Origin: Lingula anatina
Lineage: Eukaryota > Animalia > Brachiopoda
Assembly (NCBI GenBank): GCA_051362555.1
Contig: CM120648.1
Location: 2,643,721 to 2,707,720 of the forward strand
Direction of reading: 5' to 3'
DNA: 64,000 bases
This document shows positions 1 to 13,568 of the stretch, piece after piece. Position numbers and translations under genes: made by a program. The notes under the pieces are model-generated. The model saw only the letters and a program-made list of their open reading frames with translations. It did no database searches and was not told the origin of the DNA. Each line of letters opens with the position of its first letter. The first letter of the stretch is position 1.

Positions 1-209
1 TATAAAACATGCACCTGCAGGTACAAATAAAAAGTTTTTTGGCTGTTGGTTCTGGCTTCCCGCTGAGAGTTAACATATCAGACAATCTCTGTTTCTTGTT
101 GTATAAACACCCAGGTGATAGCCGCAGGTGAAACAGAGCAGAGGAATGAGCTTTATGTGCCAGCTTAGTACACGTATGATCAGAGAGACGGCTGCAGGAC
201 TGGGTGGGA

Positions 210-385
210 GAGCTACAAGGTTATGTCTGACAACGACCCCAATGTTTTTCTTCTTCCACTACACCCTGATAAAACACCGACCCTAACAACTATGAGCTGC
301 TGTACAAGGTGGTGTCTGACATTGACCCCAATGTTTTTCTCTCTCTAATTCTCCTACATCCAGATAATTCACTCTGATTCTGACA
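210..385. repeat. Degenerate tandem duplication, unit about 88 bp
   Basis: TACAAGG..TGTCTGACA..GACCCCAATGTTTTTCT occurs twice. Confidence 0.7.
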
Positions 386-1126
386 ACTTTGAACTTCTAT
401 CTTAATATTTGTTAGCGTGTGTTCAAATGGCTCGATCACTTCTCCAGACATGAGCCTAGGTTATAAAAAAAACCTTGGAACATTTTTCATGGGACCCAAC
501 ACCTAACCTTGACGAATCTCAGGAACCATCAGAATTGAATTTAAAAAAGCAGATTTCTGCTTTTCCATAGAAAAAGCTCATGTCTGCTTCTCAATCCTGA
601 TCTGCTTATCTGAAAGTTGAGAACAATTTTACAGCTCAAAATCTTTGTGAAAATGAAGCCCAGGTACAAAGATGTGATCCAGTACATATTTCTTTCAGCA
701 CCTCAAATCCTACTACTACAGGATCTAGTGCAGATTTCACACTGTACCTGAGGTCTTATTACTCAATGAGTACTTGATGTCAGGTGCACAATATCAGCTC
801 AGGTAGATGTGTGTAGATAGAGGACTGGAAATAAAACACACCTGAAGGGGAGGCCTCAGCTCTGCTCTCGTACAGATAGTACTACAATAAAACTAGCTTG
901 GTAGTTCAAGACTTCTTTCCAATTTTTTAACACACATAATTTTCTTGCACTCAGTATAAAGCAAGAATTTTTTCACTAAATGAAACCACATATTAAAGGG
1001 AACACAAAATTTACAAAGAGATAAACTATGGACTACACAAAGCAGAGAGAGGTAATGACAGATAGTTGATTATAGGGTTGGGGATGGGTGTTTTTTTTTC
1101 TTATTTTCATTTTTACTGTCACCTAC

Positions 1127-1261
1127 CTGTATTGTATTAATGAACTCATTTCGCTGACAGGCAGATAGCTGTAGTATCGGTTGTTGTTCAGAAGCATCCA
1201 GCAATCGAGAGGCAGGCCGTCACCTGGCGTCCTTGTGGGGGGTATGGGTCAAAGGTCACGC
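1127..1261 (-). CDS. Probable first coding exon of an unidentified gene that continues left of the window (MLLNNNRYYSYLPVSEMSSLIQY...)
   Basis: Acceptor tttattcattgtttttaag, 135-nt GC-richer exon, donor CAG|gtaggt. ATG at 1197 with an in-frame second ATG and an upstream in-frame TGA. Peptide too short to identify. Confidence 0.45.
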
Positions 1262-2561
1262 CTTAAAAACAATGAATAAAATAAATATATTTCCAGATAT
1301 AACTTTGATCAAACAACACCTAACATATTACAAGTATGGTTTTAAAGATGGAAATATGAGAACTTTCCTTGAATTTTTTTTAGAAATCTAATATATGACC
1401 AATGATCAAAAATAACCACCAGGTGGCAGTGCTCTAACCAAGACAGGCTAGCTGCATGATATTAGGACATAACCTCATTCAGGGGTTTTTCCAGGATTTG
1501 GAGCACAGGGATCCCGATGTGTTGATCTGCACTTTGGTCATGATTTCAGTGTCATGTTCATCTGTCAATCTCATTGCTTTCAGAAAGAGTCCCCATGGAG
1601 TTTGTGCACATTAGCCTGATCCATAAAACTCAATGTGAACAGTCCCTGAGTCAAACATTATAAATGTGGAGAAAATACTTTCAATGTATCAGAGACGACA
1701 ACTGCGCAATCAAGAACAAAACACCCAAAGGCTTTAAAAATATTACATCAATAAATATGATGCACCTTATTACACTGAATTATATTGAATAATTGATGAG
1801 CTCATCCTCCGTAGAATCCATTAACAAGGTGAATTCAATACCTGTTGGGAAAGTGCAGGGCGGTTACAATGCCCGTGTGGTGTTAGACTTACTTAAGTAT
1901 TAATTAGAATAACAAAGAGGAATCACTACTGTTGAGAGGCTGCTGGATTGCCTGGAAGAGCTCAAAGATATTTTTTAAATGAAAGTACAAAATTGGTGAA
2001 GGGAAATCTGCAGACCTGGGTGACGAGGGAAAAACAGCAGCCATTTTGTTGCTTTAATAACAGGGATTTTAGCCAGCAATTTGAAAGGGTGGTTGCTTTT
2101 TCTGAAAAAGTGGAAATGAGGCCTTTGCATCCCTCAATCAAATTTTTCCCAGAGCGGATTTTTTTCTGACACACTAGAACAGTTCCAAACAAATTTGCTT
2201 TTAAACAGATACAAAAGTTTTCTGTTTCAGAGATGAGCTTCAAACAGAACAGAGATAAAAACTTTGTGAACAAGAACAAAACACAATAAGGCTTGTGCAG
2301 TTAGAGTAAAACAATTGATTACTTTAATTTTTTTTCTTCCTACACTTGCCAGCAACATCCAACTTTATTATTAACATCCCCACCACACAACTCATTAAAA
2401 TGATTTGTACATGAGACCTGATTATTAAAATAGCATCTGTTGTAAGTTTCTGAACTGTGTTCGTGAAATTATACCAATGACAGATAGTTATTATAGTTAG
2501 TTAGTAGTGATTTTTTTTTAACTGTCACATACTAAGACAACTATACTACTGTAGGCCAAAT

Positions 2562-2593
<32 letters not shown>

Positions 2594-4341
2594 ATCCCTA
2601 TCTTCATTATAAACAAGCACATCTTCAGTTTTTAAAATGTCAAGAGACTGTTCAAGTGATTTCACCATAAAAATTCTCACAATCTCCACAGCTCTATAAT
2701 CCACTATGATCACCTTTAAAGGCGACTTTTATCTCCACACAGCGCTTGAGGAAAATAGGTTAATTCCTTTCATGATCACTTTTTAAAGCCCCAGGATGAG
2801 CATCTTTTTCCAAAGAGTACTCCTTTGCCTTGGGAGTTGAAACCCAGACAGACTTTAAAGGAAAGAAGAAGATCCACGACAACGGAAATTCAGTGTGCAG
2901 CCCTCTGAATATCAATTACAGGCGGACTGAAGCAGGCACAGAATCACCTCATCAAAAAGTATAGATTTTTTTCCTCGGGTTTCAGGAATTCTATCATTAT
3001 AGTCAGTCAATTTCTCACCGATATGAAGGGAAATAACAAACAAAAATGTCTTTAAATCCAAAAGATAAAATAAATAAAATTAAGCAGCGATAAAAAAATA
3101 CAAGATAGCGACTATTAACTTACCAGTACATGATATCAGGGTACATGTTAACATTCCGTGTGGCTTTAACCTTCACAAATATCCACCAAAACGCTCCAGT
3201 CTAACCTGGTAGTTAATACACCACAGCTCTAACCCCTCAATCCTAGAACACCGTATATAACGCAAGTCTACTAGATCTACGCTACGTCTGACCCATGCTA
3301 AGAATACAGGTAGTATATAGTACCAGTAGAGATGATATATGGTCTACCTCTCACTCCACTCTTAAAGTCACTAATTGGTTGTTTCCATGGTGAAGTCGTT
3401 TTCCCTGATCTTCTACTCAATGCTATGAAGATGTGGAGTATGTTGTTCTTGGGTACTTACTAACAACCACTGGGCACTGAGCAATACATCATTCCAGTAA
3501 CATGATCCACCTTTGATGTTCAACCTCAGAAATCATTTTTTATCATTAATGAGATTTGGATGTTCGTCATTAAATAAAGATTTGCTGTACTAGTATACAT
3601 GTATATAAATTGTCCTTTTATGTAAGGATATACACATATCGCAAGGAAAATGCTTTACAGTGAACTACAGTAATGATGAGGATGCTGTGGACTACCTAAA
3701 AATGTTCCCAACAGCCTGGGTAGCCACATTATTGCACTAGGAAAATGATCTTGCTGTAGCCAATGTACCAGAGAAATGGGTTTACTGTAAATTACCGGTA
3801 CGAGGTTTTTCTGAGGAAGTGTTTAGTTTTGATCTATGGGTGGTATATGACTGGTGAAACTTATAACTATGTATACTTATGACATGGTCCATCAAAAACT
3901 ACAGGTTCATTTAAAATATAATAAACATATAAATAATAAAGTAAAATAATATTTGCAAGAAATAACAGACTACAGCACCTTTCTTGTATACACGCATAAT
4001 AAATAACCTTGCAGGAGATAATGCACTCAACTTTCTACAACTTATAAATCAGATAGAAGTTCAACCATGTAATATCAATATATATGCCCGTCCCCCCTGT
4101 GGCAAACTTTCGAAATTTGCTGGATCACCTACCTTTCTTTAAAACCCTCATCTACATCCACCTTTTTTCTCTTTCCTATCTCTTACATAGCCACACATCA
4201 TATTCATACTTTTCTTTTACTTTTTTTTTATCCCTTTTTCAATCTCTCCAGCAAAGTTGATTTGCTCTAAACGTTAGATAGAGTGAAACTGTCAATGCAC
4301 GCCAACAAAATTTTCCAACAGAATGTCCTATAGGACAGTGG

Positions 4342-4413
4342 GACTCTACAGGAACTATACAGGACTCTACAGGAACTATACAGGACTCTATGGGACTCCA
4401 CAGGGCTTCTACA
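4342..4413. repeat. Short tandem repeat (GGACTCTACAGGAACTATACA)n
   Basis: Degenerate 10-11-bp subunits visible. Confidence 0.75.
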
Positions 4414-4542
4414 GATTCCTTTCTAGGTCTTCAGGACCCTTAAGGATTTGGGGCCTTTTTCCTGTAGGACCCTATACGAAATTTCTATAAGGGGATACCT
4501 TTAACAATGCCATCTACCCCCCAAACACCACCATAATGAAGA

Positions 4543-4707
4543 TCTAGTATAGCCTTCATCATCACATGATCTCCTAACTCTCCCTGTTATCTAACCCTCA
4601 TTAACTGTGTTGATATCACTGAGTTCTAGTATAACTAGTATAACATCATCATATGATCTCCTAACTCTCCCTGTCATCTAACCCTCATTAACTCTGTTGA
4701 TATCAAG
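4543..4707. repeat. Tandem duplication, unit about 89 bp
   Basis: CATCATCA(C/T)ATGATCTCCTAACTCTCCCTGT(T/C)ATCTAACCCTCATTAACT(G/C)TGTTGATATCA occurs twice. Confidence 0.85.
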
Positions 4708-7700
4708 GCAGATCAATAGCAGGTATTGATCTGTGGTGTCGGGCTTTCCGTGGGTGTGACTTCTAAATGAACTCCGCATTTCTCCCCAAGAGTTTTAGTG
4801 AGTAGTAGCTAGGTCACTGACATTTATCGTGAAATGCCCCTAATAGGACCTTATTATGACAGAGTGTTGTTTTGAGACTGGAAGACTGAATTTTGGCGGC
4901 TATCCTTACATTAGTTCTTAATGGGAATTGAGCACCTTGGTGGAGGTCTGTGTGCAATGAGTGCCTTGCAATATTTATTTATTCACTATATATATACCCA
5001 ATATATATTTTTAATCAATATCATTATAACTACTTATAGTGCAGTGCAGTTAAAAAATTTGTAAGTTCACAATATATTGTAAGCATGTTTGTCTTTGTTT
5101 TTTTTATTATATTTACTCACTGACTGTACCTCAAAGTTTGAGGTTATTACAAATTATTTCATCCATAATCTACCATCTTTGGAACTCTCTGTATTATTAT
5201 TATTATTAGTAGTAGTAGTAGTAGTATCTATTTTATTACCAAAATGAAGATAGTCCTTGGGGACATAAAATACTTCTGCTCAGAAAATTCAACCACCATA
5301 AGCAATATAATTCATACGTAGATATGTGTGCTGTTTTGTTAGCTACTGCTGGTGCATAAGCTACATGAATATTCTGCAATAGTTCTGGGGGTATTTGAAG
5401 GCAAAGATTTACAGTTTATTTCCTTTCCAGGAATTTCAAAAGAGTCACGTCAGGTCAGTGAGTGTAAATTCTACTTAAATATTATTATATACAGGTTAAA
5501 TGACAGGAAACTGCTTATTTAATAAATGTCATAACTTGACATGATTTTAATTCTAGAACTACTGTCCTTGTTCAGCACTTGAGCTTCGTATTGGTGTAAA
5601 ATATTGTGATCTGTGAACAACTGGTATGAACGCATCTGTTATTAATTCATTCAGGCTCGACTTCCTGTGACATCTATTAGATAAAAATAACACAAGTGTT
5701 GCCCACTTTAAATGGAACAAAATCATACCTTTTTTAAATAGTGTTCACCTTTTACTTATCCATCCAATTGAATTGCTGCCAGTATATTTTAATTAATTTT
5801 TTTAAAGTCAGTAATAGTTCTACTGAATAAAAATAGGAAACAGATCCTCTATAACTACTGACTGTGATGTTATGTCTCTTACTGGAACCTGTACTTGTTC
5901 TTGTATGCAGTAATTACTTGAAATTTTCAATGGGGAACATTGTGAATTTTACAGATGTTTTTTTTTTTTTAATCATTATTTCTAATAATAAGAACATTAC
6001 TATTGAGTGGTAGCAACAAAAATTAAAGCAGACCACTCAATAGTTCTATTCCATCCAGTAAAAGCACAAAAATGCTATATAAAATTATGTACTAGTACCT
6101 GAAATTAATTTATCTGACCATTTTTGCCCATCTTAAAAGTTATTTTTGTATTTTACCAACAGGAAATGCCTGATGCTAGGTCCCAGTCAATATCAAATTA
6201 TTTTATAAAATATTTCTAAAAGCTGATTTTAGTATTTTACTAATAGTTTCGGAGTATAAAAGCAGTAGGACACCTTCAGCTCTGGAAATATAGTATTCTG
6301 GCTAATGCTGGGCAGAAAAGATCAGTTTTGATAAATCATTAATCTTTAAATCTGCACCCTGAGAGCCCAAGTTCTCATAAGAATTTATTCTGCTTGCTAA
6401 TTTCTGCCTTGACTGTTGGTCAATCGATATGTGAAGTAATTTTTCTGATAAAGCTTCAGAAACACCGCAACACAGAACTTCACATAACATATTCTACAAC
6501 TGAGTATTATCTTAACTAGCGACCATGCAATTAAACGTGGGCTGAATTCACAAGTCCCCCCCCATCCTTTAATGTAACTTTTTTATTACTCCTTTTTCAA
6601 TTCACTTTCTCACTCTGCTAGGTGGGGAAAGGAGGAGGGGGCAGCAACTTTATTGATCTAAATATGACCCGACATGTTTTTGATTGTGTGTCAAACAAAC
6701 AGCTTGGGGAGATACTGAAGAAATATTGATCTTGCATATGACCCTCGTAGACTTCAGTCCCGGTTTTGAAAGTTGGAAAGAAAACAAGGACTGGGAAGTG
6801 AACCCAAGAAATATTTTCATAACTTAAATCGTTTATTTTTCTACAATTAACCTGTATTTGCAAAGTCCCCAGCATACAATGTACTTCACAAACAGTTCAA
6901 CAAGAGAGATCAATATTTCCCTCTGGCTCTCCCCTAATAATCAAGGTGTCAGACAATTAAAAGGCTATGGCCATGAGGAGATCAATAGAGTATTGATCCC
7001 CGGGTGTGGAGATGACATCTGGCTATGGTGTCAATGGGAACTTAAGCCCTGAGAAGCCACAAGCTGGATTCACGAGGTCAGATCCAGGGGGGGGGGGGGA
7101 GGGGGGGGGAGGAAGCCATCTTCTGGGTCTTCTGAAAGATGGTTATAATTTTTAAGTTAATATGATGGACGACGTATAATTATTTTCTGTTAGAAGAGGG
7201 TCAAAAATGGAGGATGGATTAACATAGGATAATTTGGAAAACTGTCTGAAAATATCCTGCATCTGCCCCTGTGGCTGAAACTTTTATTCAAAAAATCATG
7301 GAGAATAAAAACTGGTTATGTCACTTTTTTTTTTATTGCCCTATTGGTGTTAAGTTAAGGTATATATAATGTTGCATCAAATTAAATGCAGATGAATACT
7401 GGCTGTTAAAAGGGTATGCAGTATACCCAATGCATTTCAATATGTAATTAAGATTTCACTACACATAGCAAGCCTGTCTGGTCGCATGGGACTTCCATCA
7501 ATTACAATAAGTGGGTGGGACAACAGAGAGTTTAGACTGTAAATCATCATCCTGCCTGCAGAAAACACTAGGAACTGAACTAGAGTGTCACATATAGACT
7601 AGAAATACACCGTACAATGGGAGAACTATGCTAGTCTGTCATATCAGGCTACCATATCCAAGTACTGCATAATCTGTCACATCTTAACAAGAAATGCGCC

Positions 7701-7857
7701 TTACAGATGATATCAGATCTCCATCACAATAAGCCATGATAGGACAGGCCTGAGATATTCTGTCACGACTTGACTAGAAATGTGCCTTACAAATGACAAT
7801 AGATCTCCATTATAGAAGGCTTCCTCCTTGCTCCACACTAGCTTACTAGTAGGTTTA

Positions 7858-8053
7858 AGGGTGCATTCAGATTCAAAAGTGCAATCAGTGGAGTCGGCTT
7901 AATCAGCACACAATAGTTAATTACAGCCTAGTTGCTAAGGAGGCCTATCAGACAATTACTGTAGCCAATTCCATTGGTGGCACTTTAGCCAGAAATCCCT
8001 CCACAGAGTTGGATCGACCCAGCTAGTACAATGTGTGAATCTGAATGCTGTCT
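7858..8053. mobile_element. MITE-like element
   Basis: Inverted ends GCATTCAGATTCA / TGAATCTGAATGC, TAA/TTA flanks, and the CAGAGTTGGATCGA family core. Confidence 0.5.
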
Positions 8054-9102
8054 TATGAGATATTGAATTTTGCATCAGTGCATTACCAGCTCGGAGTGCT
8101 GATTGTAATTATGTTTGGCTGCCTGGGGTGCTATTTCACAACACTTGACACCATTCCCCGCTGGCACTAGCTGCCAGAACAGATACAGAGTGGTACTAAT
8201 TTATTGGAGAATCTGCTTTTTTGATTTTTTTTTTTTTTTTGGGGGGGGAAGGGTAAAAAACATTAGGCCATTCAGCTGCATGATCCTTAGAATAAAGAGG
8301 GAATGCACATTACAACCAATCGATGAATAGTCCCTGTACTCAGCAGTACAAAATTCACCAAAATGCAACCTCTTTTGCGCAGTGAAGGGGGATGCAGATT
8401 GCCCCTCCTCCATCTTCATCTCCTCTCAAACACACACATACATGCGTGCACGCACACACAAACACACACAAACATACACACACACAGATAACATCAACTA
8501 CACAATTAGAAAATGGTAGTGAATTGCTTCCTTTTCTGCAAAGTCTACAAATGTACACTTGCATTTGCCAGGGTGGTTTCTGTACCAGCCGAGTGGTTCA
8601 AATGAGGAAACAGTTGTTGCAGTTTATTTTCCTCATTCCTTCAAGTTGAACTGACAAGTGAACCCGAGCAAATGTCAGTAAAAGATACACCTTTGGTTTA
8701 CTTCTTTCTGACGGGATAAGTGCCAGGAATACCTGTACCTCAAATTACAGTACATTGAACCCTTGGCTAAATTCAGCCACATGCAACGCCTGAATTCGCC
8801 CCCATGTTTCTCTCTCTTGCTTGTCGTAACATGAACACACGAGCGTGTCATAACACTGTCACTGCCACTTCCCCCATCACTTCCCTCGACCCTTTTCTAC
8901 GAGGCTACATTACGCTTCTGAACGAACGGACAACAATTCCATTTTCTATTTTATTAAATTGGACATTAGGAAAATATTAGGATAATAACATAAAGAGTAA
9001 TGCAATTATCACTGTAATGTTTTAAAGAGTGTGCGTTGTGTGTCACAGCCTGTGTGTGTGCATGTAGACGTGTGAGTGCGACTGTGTAAATGAGAGAGAG
9101 AA

Positions 9103-9137
<35 letters not shown>

Positions 9138-9151
9138 CTGATTCTGCTTAC

Positions 9152-9320
9152 CTGATTATTCACAAATAGCCAAGTCTATATCTCAGTCTCTCTTCCGAAT
9201 ACATGAACTCCAAATGAGAATGGAATCGCTTTATCGATCGATTCCCTTTTTTCTTGCCGCCATGTTGTTCCAGGGGAATCTCGGCCACTGATTGGCCAAT
9301 GAGAACCAATCAAATGGAAC
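9152..9320 (-). promoter_or_regulatory. Putative promoter and non-coding first exon of the leftmost minus-strand gene
   Basis: Clustered CCAAT/ATTGG boxes (9291-9310), YY1-like AACATGGCGGC (9256-9266, minus), donor ATCAG|gtaagc at 9152, local CpG enrichment. Confidence 0.45.
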
Positions 9321-9586
9321 CAAGACGAGACAAATCCCGATATAGTCTGTTGCGCCATCTATTGATACAAAAGGGAAATTATTCACTTTCGCTTTTGGGA
9401 CGTAAAACTAAAAAGTCTTGGAGAAATGAATATTCAAATAATATTAAATAGGCATCTTGTAACGAATTAAACGCTATTAATTTTAAAACTTTGTCTATAT
9501 CTAATTTCGTTACTTGAAATTATATATTGGTAAAATGTTGGATCATAGCCATATTTAAATAGGCCCTACACTAGAACTTTAATAAT

Positions 9587-9602
<16 letters not shown>

Positions 9603-9681
<79 letters not shown>

Positions 9682-9700
9682 TTATTATTATTATTATTAT
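9603..9700. repeat. (TA)n followed by (ATT)n microsatellite
   Basis: Seen directly; a similar poly-A plus (TA)n lies at 61761-61846. Confidence 0.95.
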
Positions 9701-11040
9701 TTTTATTATAAAAAGGTGCCCTGTACGAAATTTACCCACCATCATGACTTTTCCTCGACAAAAAAAAATTTTCTCCTATTCACGAATAAGTGCTGGACGC
9801 CTACCTGCACCTCAATTCGATATTTTATTCTATTTATAATTTTATATTTCAATTCTTAATGGCTGGCCAGTCATTTGGGTTCTAAGAACAGCCATGTCTT
9901 CCTGTGCAGTCCATCCTTTTGACGCAACGTACTTTTATTTAAATGGTTTATTGTTTTTAAGGTCTGAATTGGGAAATATTTGTAGCTTTGCAGAATTCAT
10001 GTATGCAGACGTGGAAGGGATTTTCAAACGCGCACAGTACAGTAAACCTTTAAAGATACGAGTAATGGCACTCGAGTTAAGATTAAATGATAACAGTTTA
10101 TAAAAGAGTTTTTATACAAAGACACTGATTGTATGGCATTATATTTTGACCATTGTCCATATTGTTGGCGGCGCAGACTGACACTTCCGATGTTCACCCT
10201 ATGACTGCCGCTGTAAATGGTTAATTGGTAAAATAAGTTTAATATTATTATGATCTTTCATTGTACATGTAGATATAAATTGCTTATCCACACTTTTGTT
10301 TTACCATGGGTTTTGTTTCTTTCAAAAAATCTTTCAGCAATCAGCGTGATCGGATAATTTTAACAAAAGTTATACGTTTTTTCTATGCATTTTATATTTT
10401 ACAGTATTTTGGTGACGCTCGCCCCGTAGCGTCAAGCTGTAATTTTGTTTTACTTCAAATTTTTTGAGTGCTTTTTGTGGTAAAGGGAGTGACTTTTTGC
10501 CAGCTTTGCTGTCTTGTTGTTTTTAATTTCCTTTACAGATTATCATTTTCATATTCACAATTTAAAAAAAGGTCAATTGATGACATATAGCCACAGTATG
10601 AAGTTTGATTTACAGAAATTACGGTTTTAAAGTCGTGGTTAATGTTTTCTACAATAACAACTAAAACTCACATGTACTGATCGCAATTTGCGGAGGGCAT
10701 TTGCACAGTTACTGGCCTTTTCGCGAAGTGAAATAGGTAATTGCATAAAATTCCTGGTCTAATATACGTTTAGATAGGTGTTCTTATCTGTATCAGCCTC
10801 TGCGGGTAAGCAGAAATTCGATTGTTTGATTTAATCAGGCAATTTTGAAACGTCGACACAAAAGTTCAAACCATTGTGCTTCTTTTTCAAGTGTATACCA
10901 GTACCTCCGTCTATACGGGTATCAAATTAAGTCATGTGCACGGCAGTATGTTCATCTACCACTGAAACACATGTCGACAGCTCTGAAGCTACACATATTC
11001 AGCAGCGTCAACGCGCTAAATATTTCAAAAGTCAAGTATT

Positions 11041-11240
11041 AACGGCCAATCAGAACGCCGCGCGCTGTTTCTCTGTAGTTAGCGTTCGCCGCGCTGAATA
11101 ATTTAAACTCATACTGGTTGAAAGTTTGGCGTTGTAACAAGCAGTGACATTGGATGCTGCTGAAGGTAATCCGCTGTCTTCAGTCGTCTTCTTCCATACA
11201 GGTCGCTGTCGTTTTGGCCGCCTTCATCCCGCTGTATGAG
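11041..11240 (+). promoter_or_regulatory. Putative promoter and 5'UTR exon of the sulfotransferase gene
   Basis: GGCCAATCAG CCAAT box at about 11044, CpG-rich tract, candidate donors AAG|gtaatc (11165) and GAG|gtaagc (11240). Confidence 0.4.
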
Positions 11241-13568
11241 GTAAGCAGGGTGGTCCTAGTGACTCAGTTCAGGGTCGGTTCTTGTCCGCGGTGGATTAAC
11301 ACAAGGCGTGGTTGGCACTGCGTCGCGATAGAAAAAATGAACGTGGGCCGTTACCGAGCGACACGTGGCAACATTCTGTTACATGGTGCGCTCCATTCGG
11401 AAGCTTTATCTGACGCTTTTGATGTCGAGAAATGCCCAACTAAACAGAGGTAAATTACTGAAGACAAGAAAGGGTACACTTCGAAAAGGTTTGGACTAGA
11501 ATTAGCCTTTTCAAATGCGTTTTTAGGAATTGCGTACCTATAAAAATATGTTTTCTTTGAAGGAGTTGGAATAGGCTAACTGTCCATACAAAAAAAAAAA
11601 AAAAAAAAGATACCCGACGATATTTTTAAAACCATTTTACTAAAAGTTTAGTTTTAAAGTCAATTGTTGTATCAGTGGTGGTGAAAATAGGCTTAAATAA
11701 TACCTAAATATAGTTTGGTCATTTACGGCCCGTTTGATAGGGAGACAGTCGCTATGCACGGCGCGGTTTGGGAATCATAAATAGTAGCTTAAATTTTATA
11801 CAATTTTCGGAGTATCATGAAAAAGCATTTTCACTTGTATTTGAAGAAGATAATAGAATGAACACTGAGACGCTGATAAATGTGACGTTTATAGTTAAAT
11901 GGATTCCACAATTCCGCTTTGCAACCTGGTTCTATATCATGTGGTAAGATTGAGAAGAAAAGTCGTTCACATTAGTCAACTGAAACTCAATCATCTTGAC
12001 ATTGTTAATACGTATCTAGTCAGTTTTTGTGAATCGCTGTACTGTTGATCAAATCAAGTTTAAGGTCCCAATGATCAATCCAGGTAAAACGTATTAATAG
12101 CCAAAAAGAGGTGAGTTAAATGGAGTCGCGCTGGTATTTTGTTATCCAAAATTTTATAACATATTCATTTACGTCAGCAGAAGACTGCATATTAAATGCG
12201 TTTAGGCCTAAATGTTTAAACAAAGATCACCACCCCCACTAAAAAGCAGCATTATTGCAAGAAGACATGGATGCCATGCATGTTACGCGTGCACTAAAGA
12301 AAAAGGAGGTCGAAAGACCGCATATTTATTAAATATTTCTATGTCAGGAACTCGACAGTAATGGTGGGTAAGTTAGAAGTTGTTGCTGGTGACGTCATGA
12401 AATTTCAAATTTGTTAATATGGTTTGGGGAATAATCATATGAATTGTAACTTAAAAAAATTTTTTTGACAACGTGCATTTAACAGACAGGTCCAAGGTGC
12501 GTTAATTTATTGTTATAACAGTCATGGTCTCAGAAACTAAAAGAGAAGGGAGCGCGTGAAATCAACACCCTATCCCCTTTGACTTTGCCAATATTACAGA
12601 ACGGAATTTTCAATAGATAGCCTACCGGTAACCATTTGGTCTGAATGACTTAATTATCAGTTAAATATGTAGCTTTCATTTGCCGCAGCTTATGCTATGC
12701 ACGTATGAAAGCTGACGTTCATTAATGTGTCGTCATTAATTTTTAATCATATCGATCGTTTAATATTGTTGGGCATTTAAAGGCGTTTTAAAACGACTTT
12801 AATATCATCTCTAAAGGCGATTTTTCTGTTCGTAAATTATTGCATGAAAATGTAGTATCATGGCATTTTCTGTAATTTTGTCTAAAAGCAAGACATCGTA
12901 TTTACAAATCTAGTGGTAGGCCTAGCACGCCTTCACAACGTATCTTGTTGATTATTATTTATAAATGTACAAAGTTTGGCTGTCTTGCTGTACATGTGGA
13001 GGTGTTTTAACTGTGTTCCTGGTTAATTATCAGAATTGTGCACTGTCAGAAATACGTGATTAATTAATCAGATATAATAATAATGAGTATATCTACTTTT
13101 TATACACCCTTTTTTCAATTGTTTTGATAAATGATATACAACTTTATCTTAAGAAAGGCAGATATGACATCCCGTCTCCCAAGTGGCAACTTTCAACTGT
13201 TTATCACAGTGGGCAAAAACACTTCATTTAAATATACTAGTTAAGCCGGTGTGACTGAAATGGTCGTCCGGTACAAATCTCAGTCCGTTCCCCATTACTT
13301 GATACAGGCATAGAAGTATGACGTTAGTCCCATATATTAACCCCAACCTGTAGTAATCATATGGGAACCCGGACTTTTATTCGTAGGACTACCATTCCTG
13401 TCACACCTGTCTTAAAACTCGTTCTGTACCCGTCTCTGCTTTCCTCCTTTATAATTACTTTTTTTTTAATTTTTCTTTCGGAATGCCTTCAACGTTCAAC
13501 CAAAAATGTTGTCATTGGCATATTACATATCTTAAATCTTGCTCTTTTTATTCTTTTCATTTTTCAGA

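Noticed and set aside
1948-2279. 73-aa and 105-aa overlapping ORFs
   Set aside because: Non-ATG starts, no recognisable motifs or splice support; likely intronic noise.
10100-10850. Possible DNA-transposon body between the two promoters
   Set aside because: I could not find termini, a TSD or a second copy in the window.
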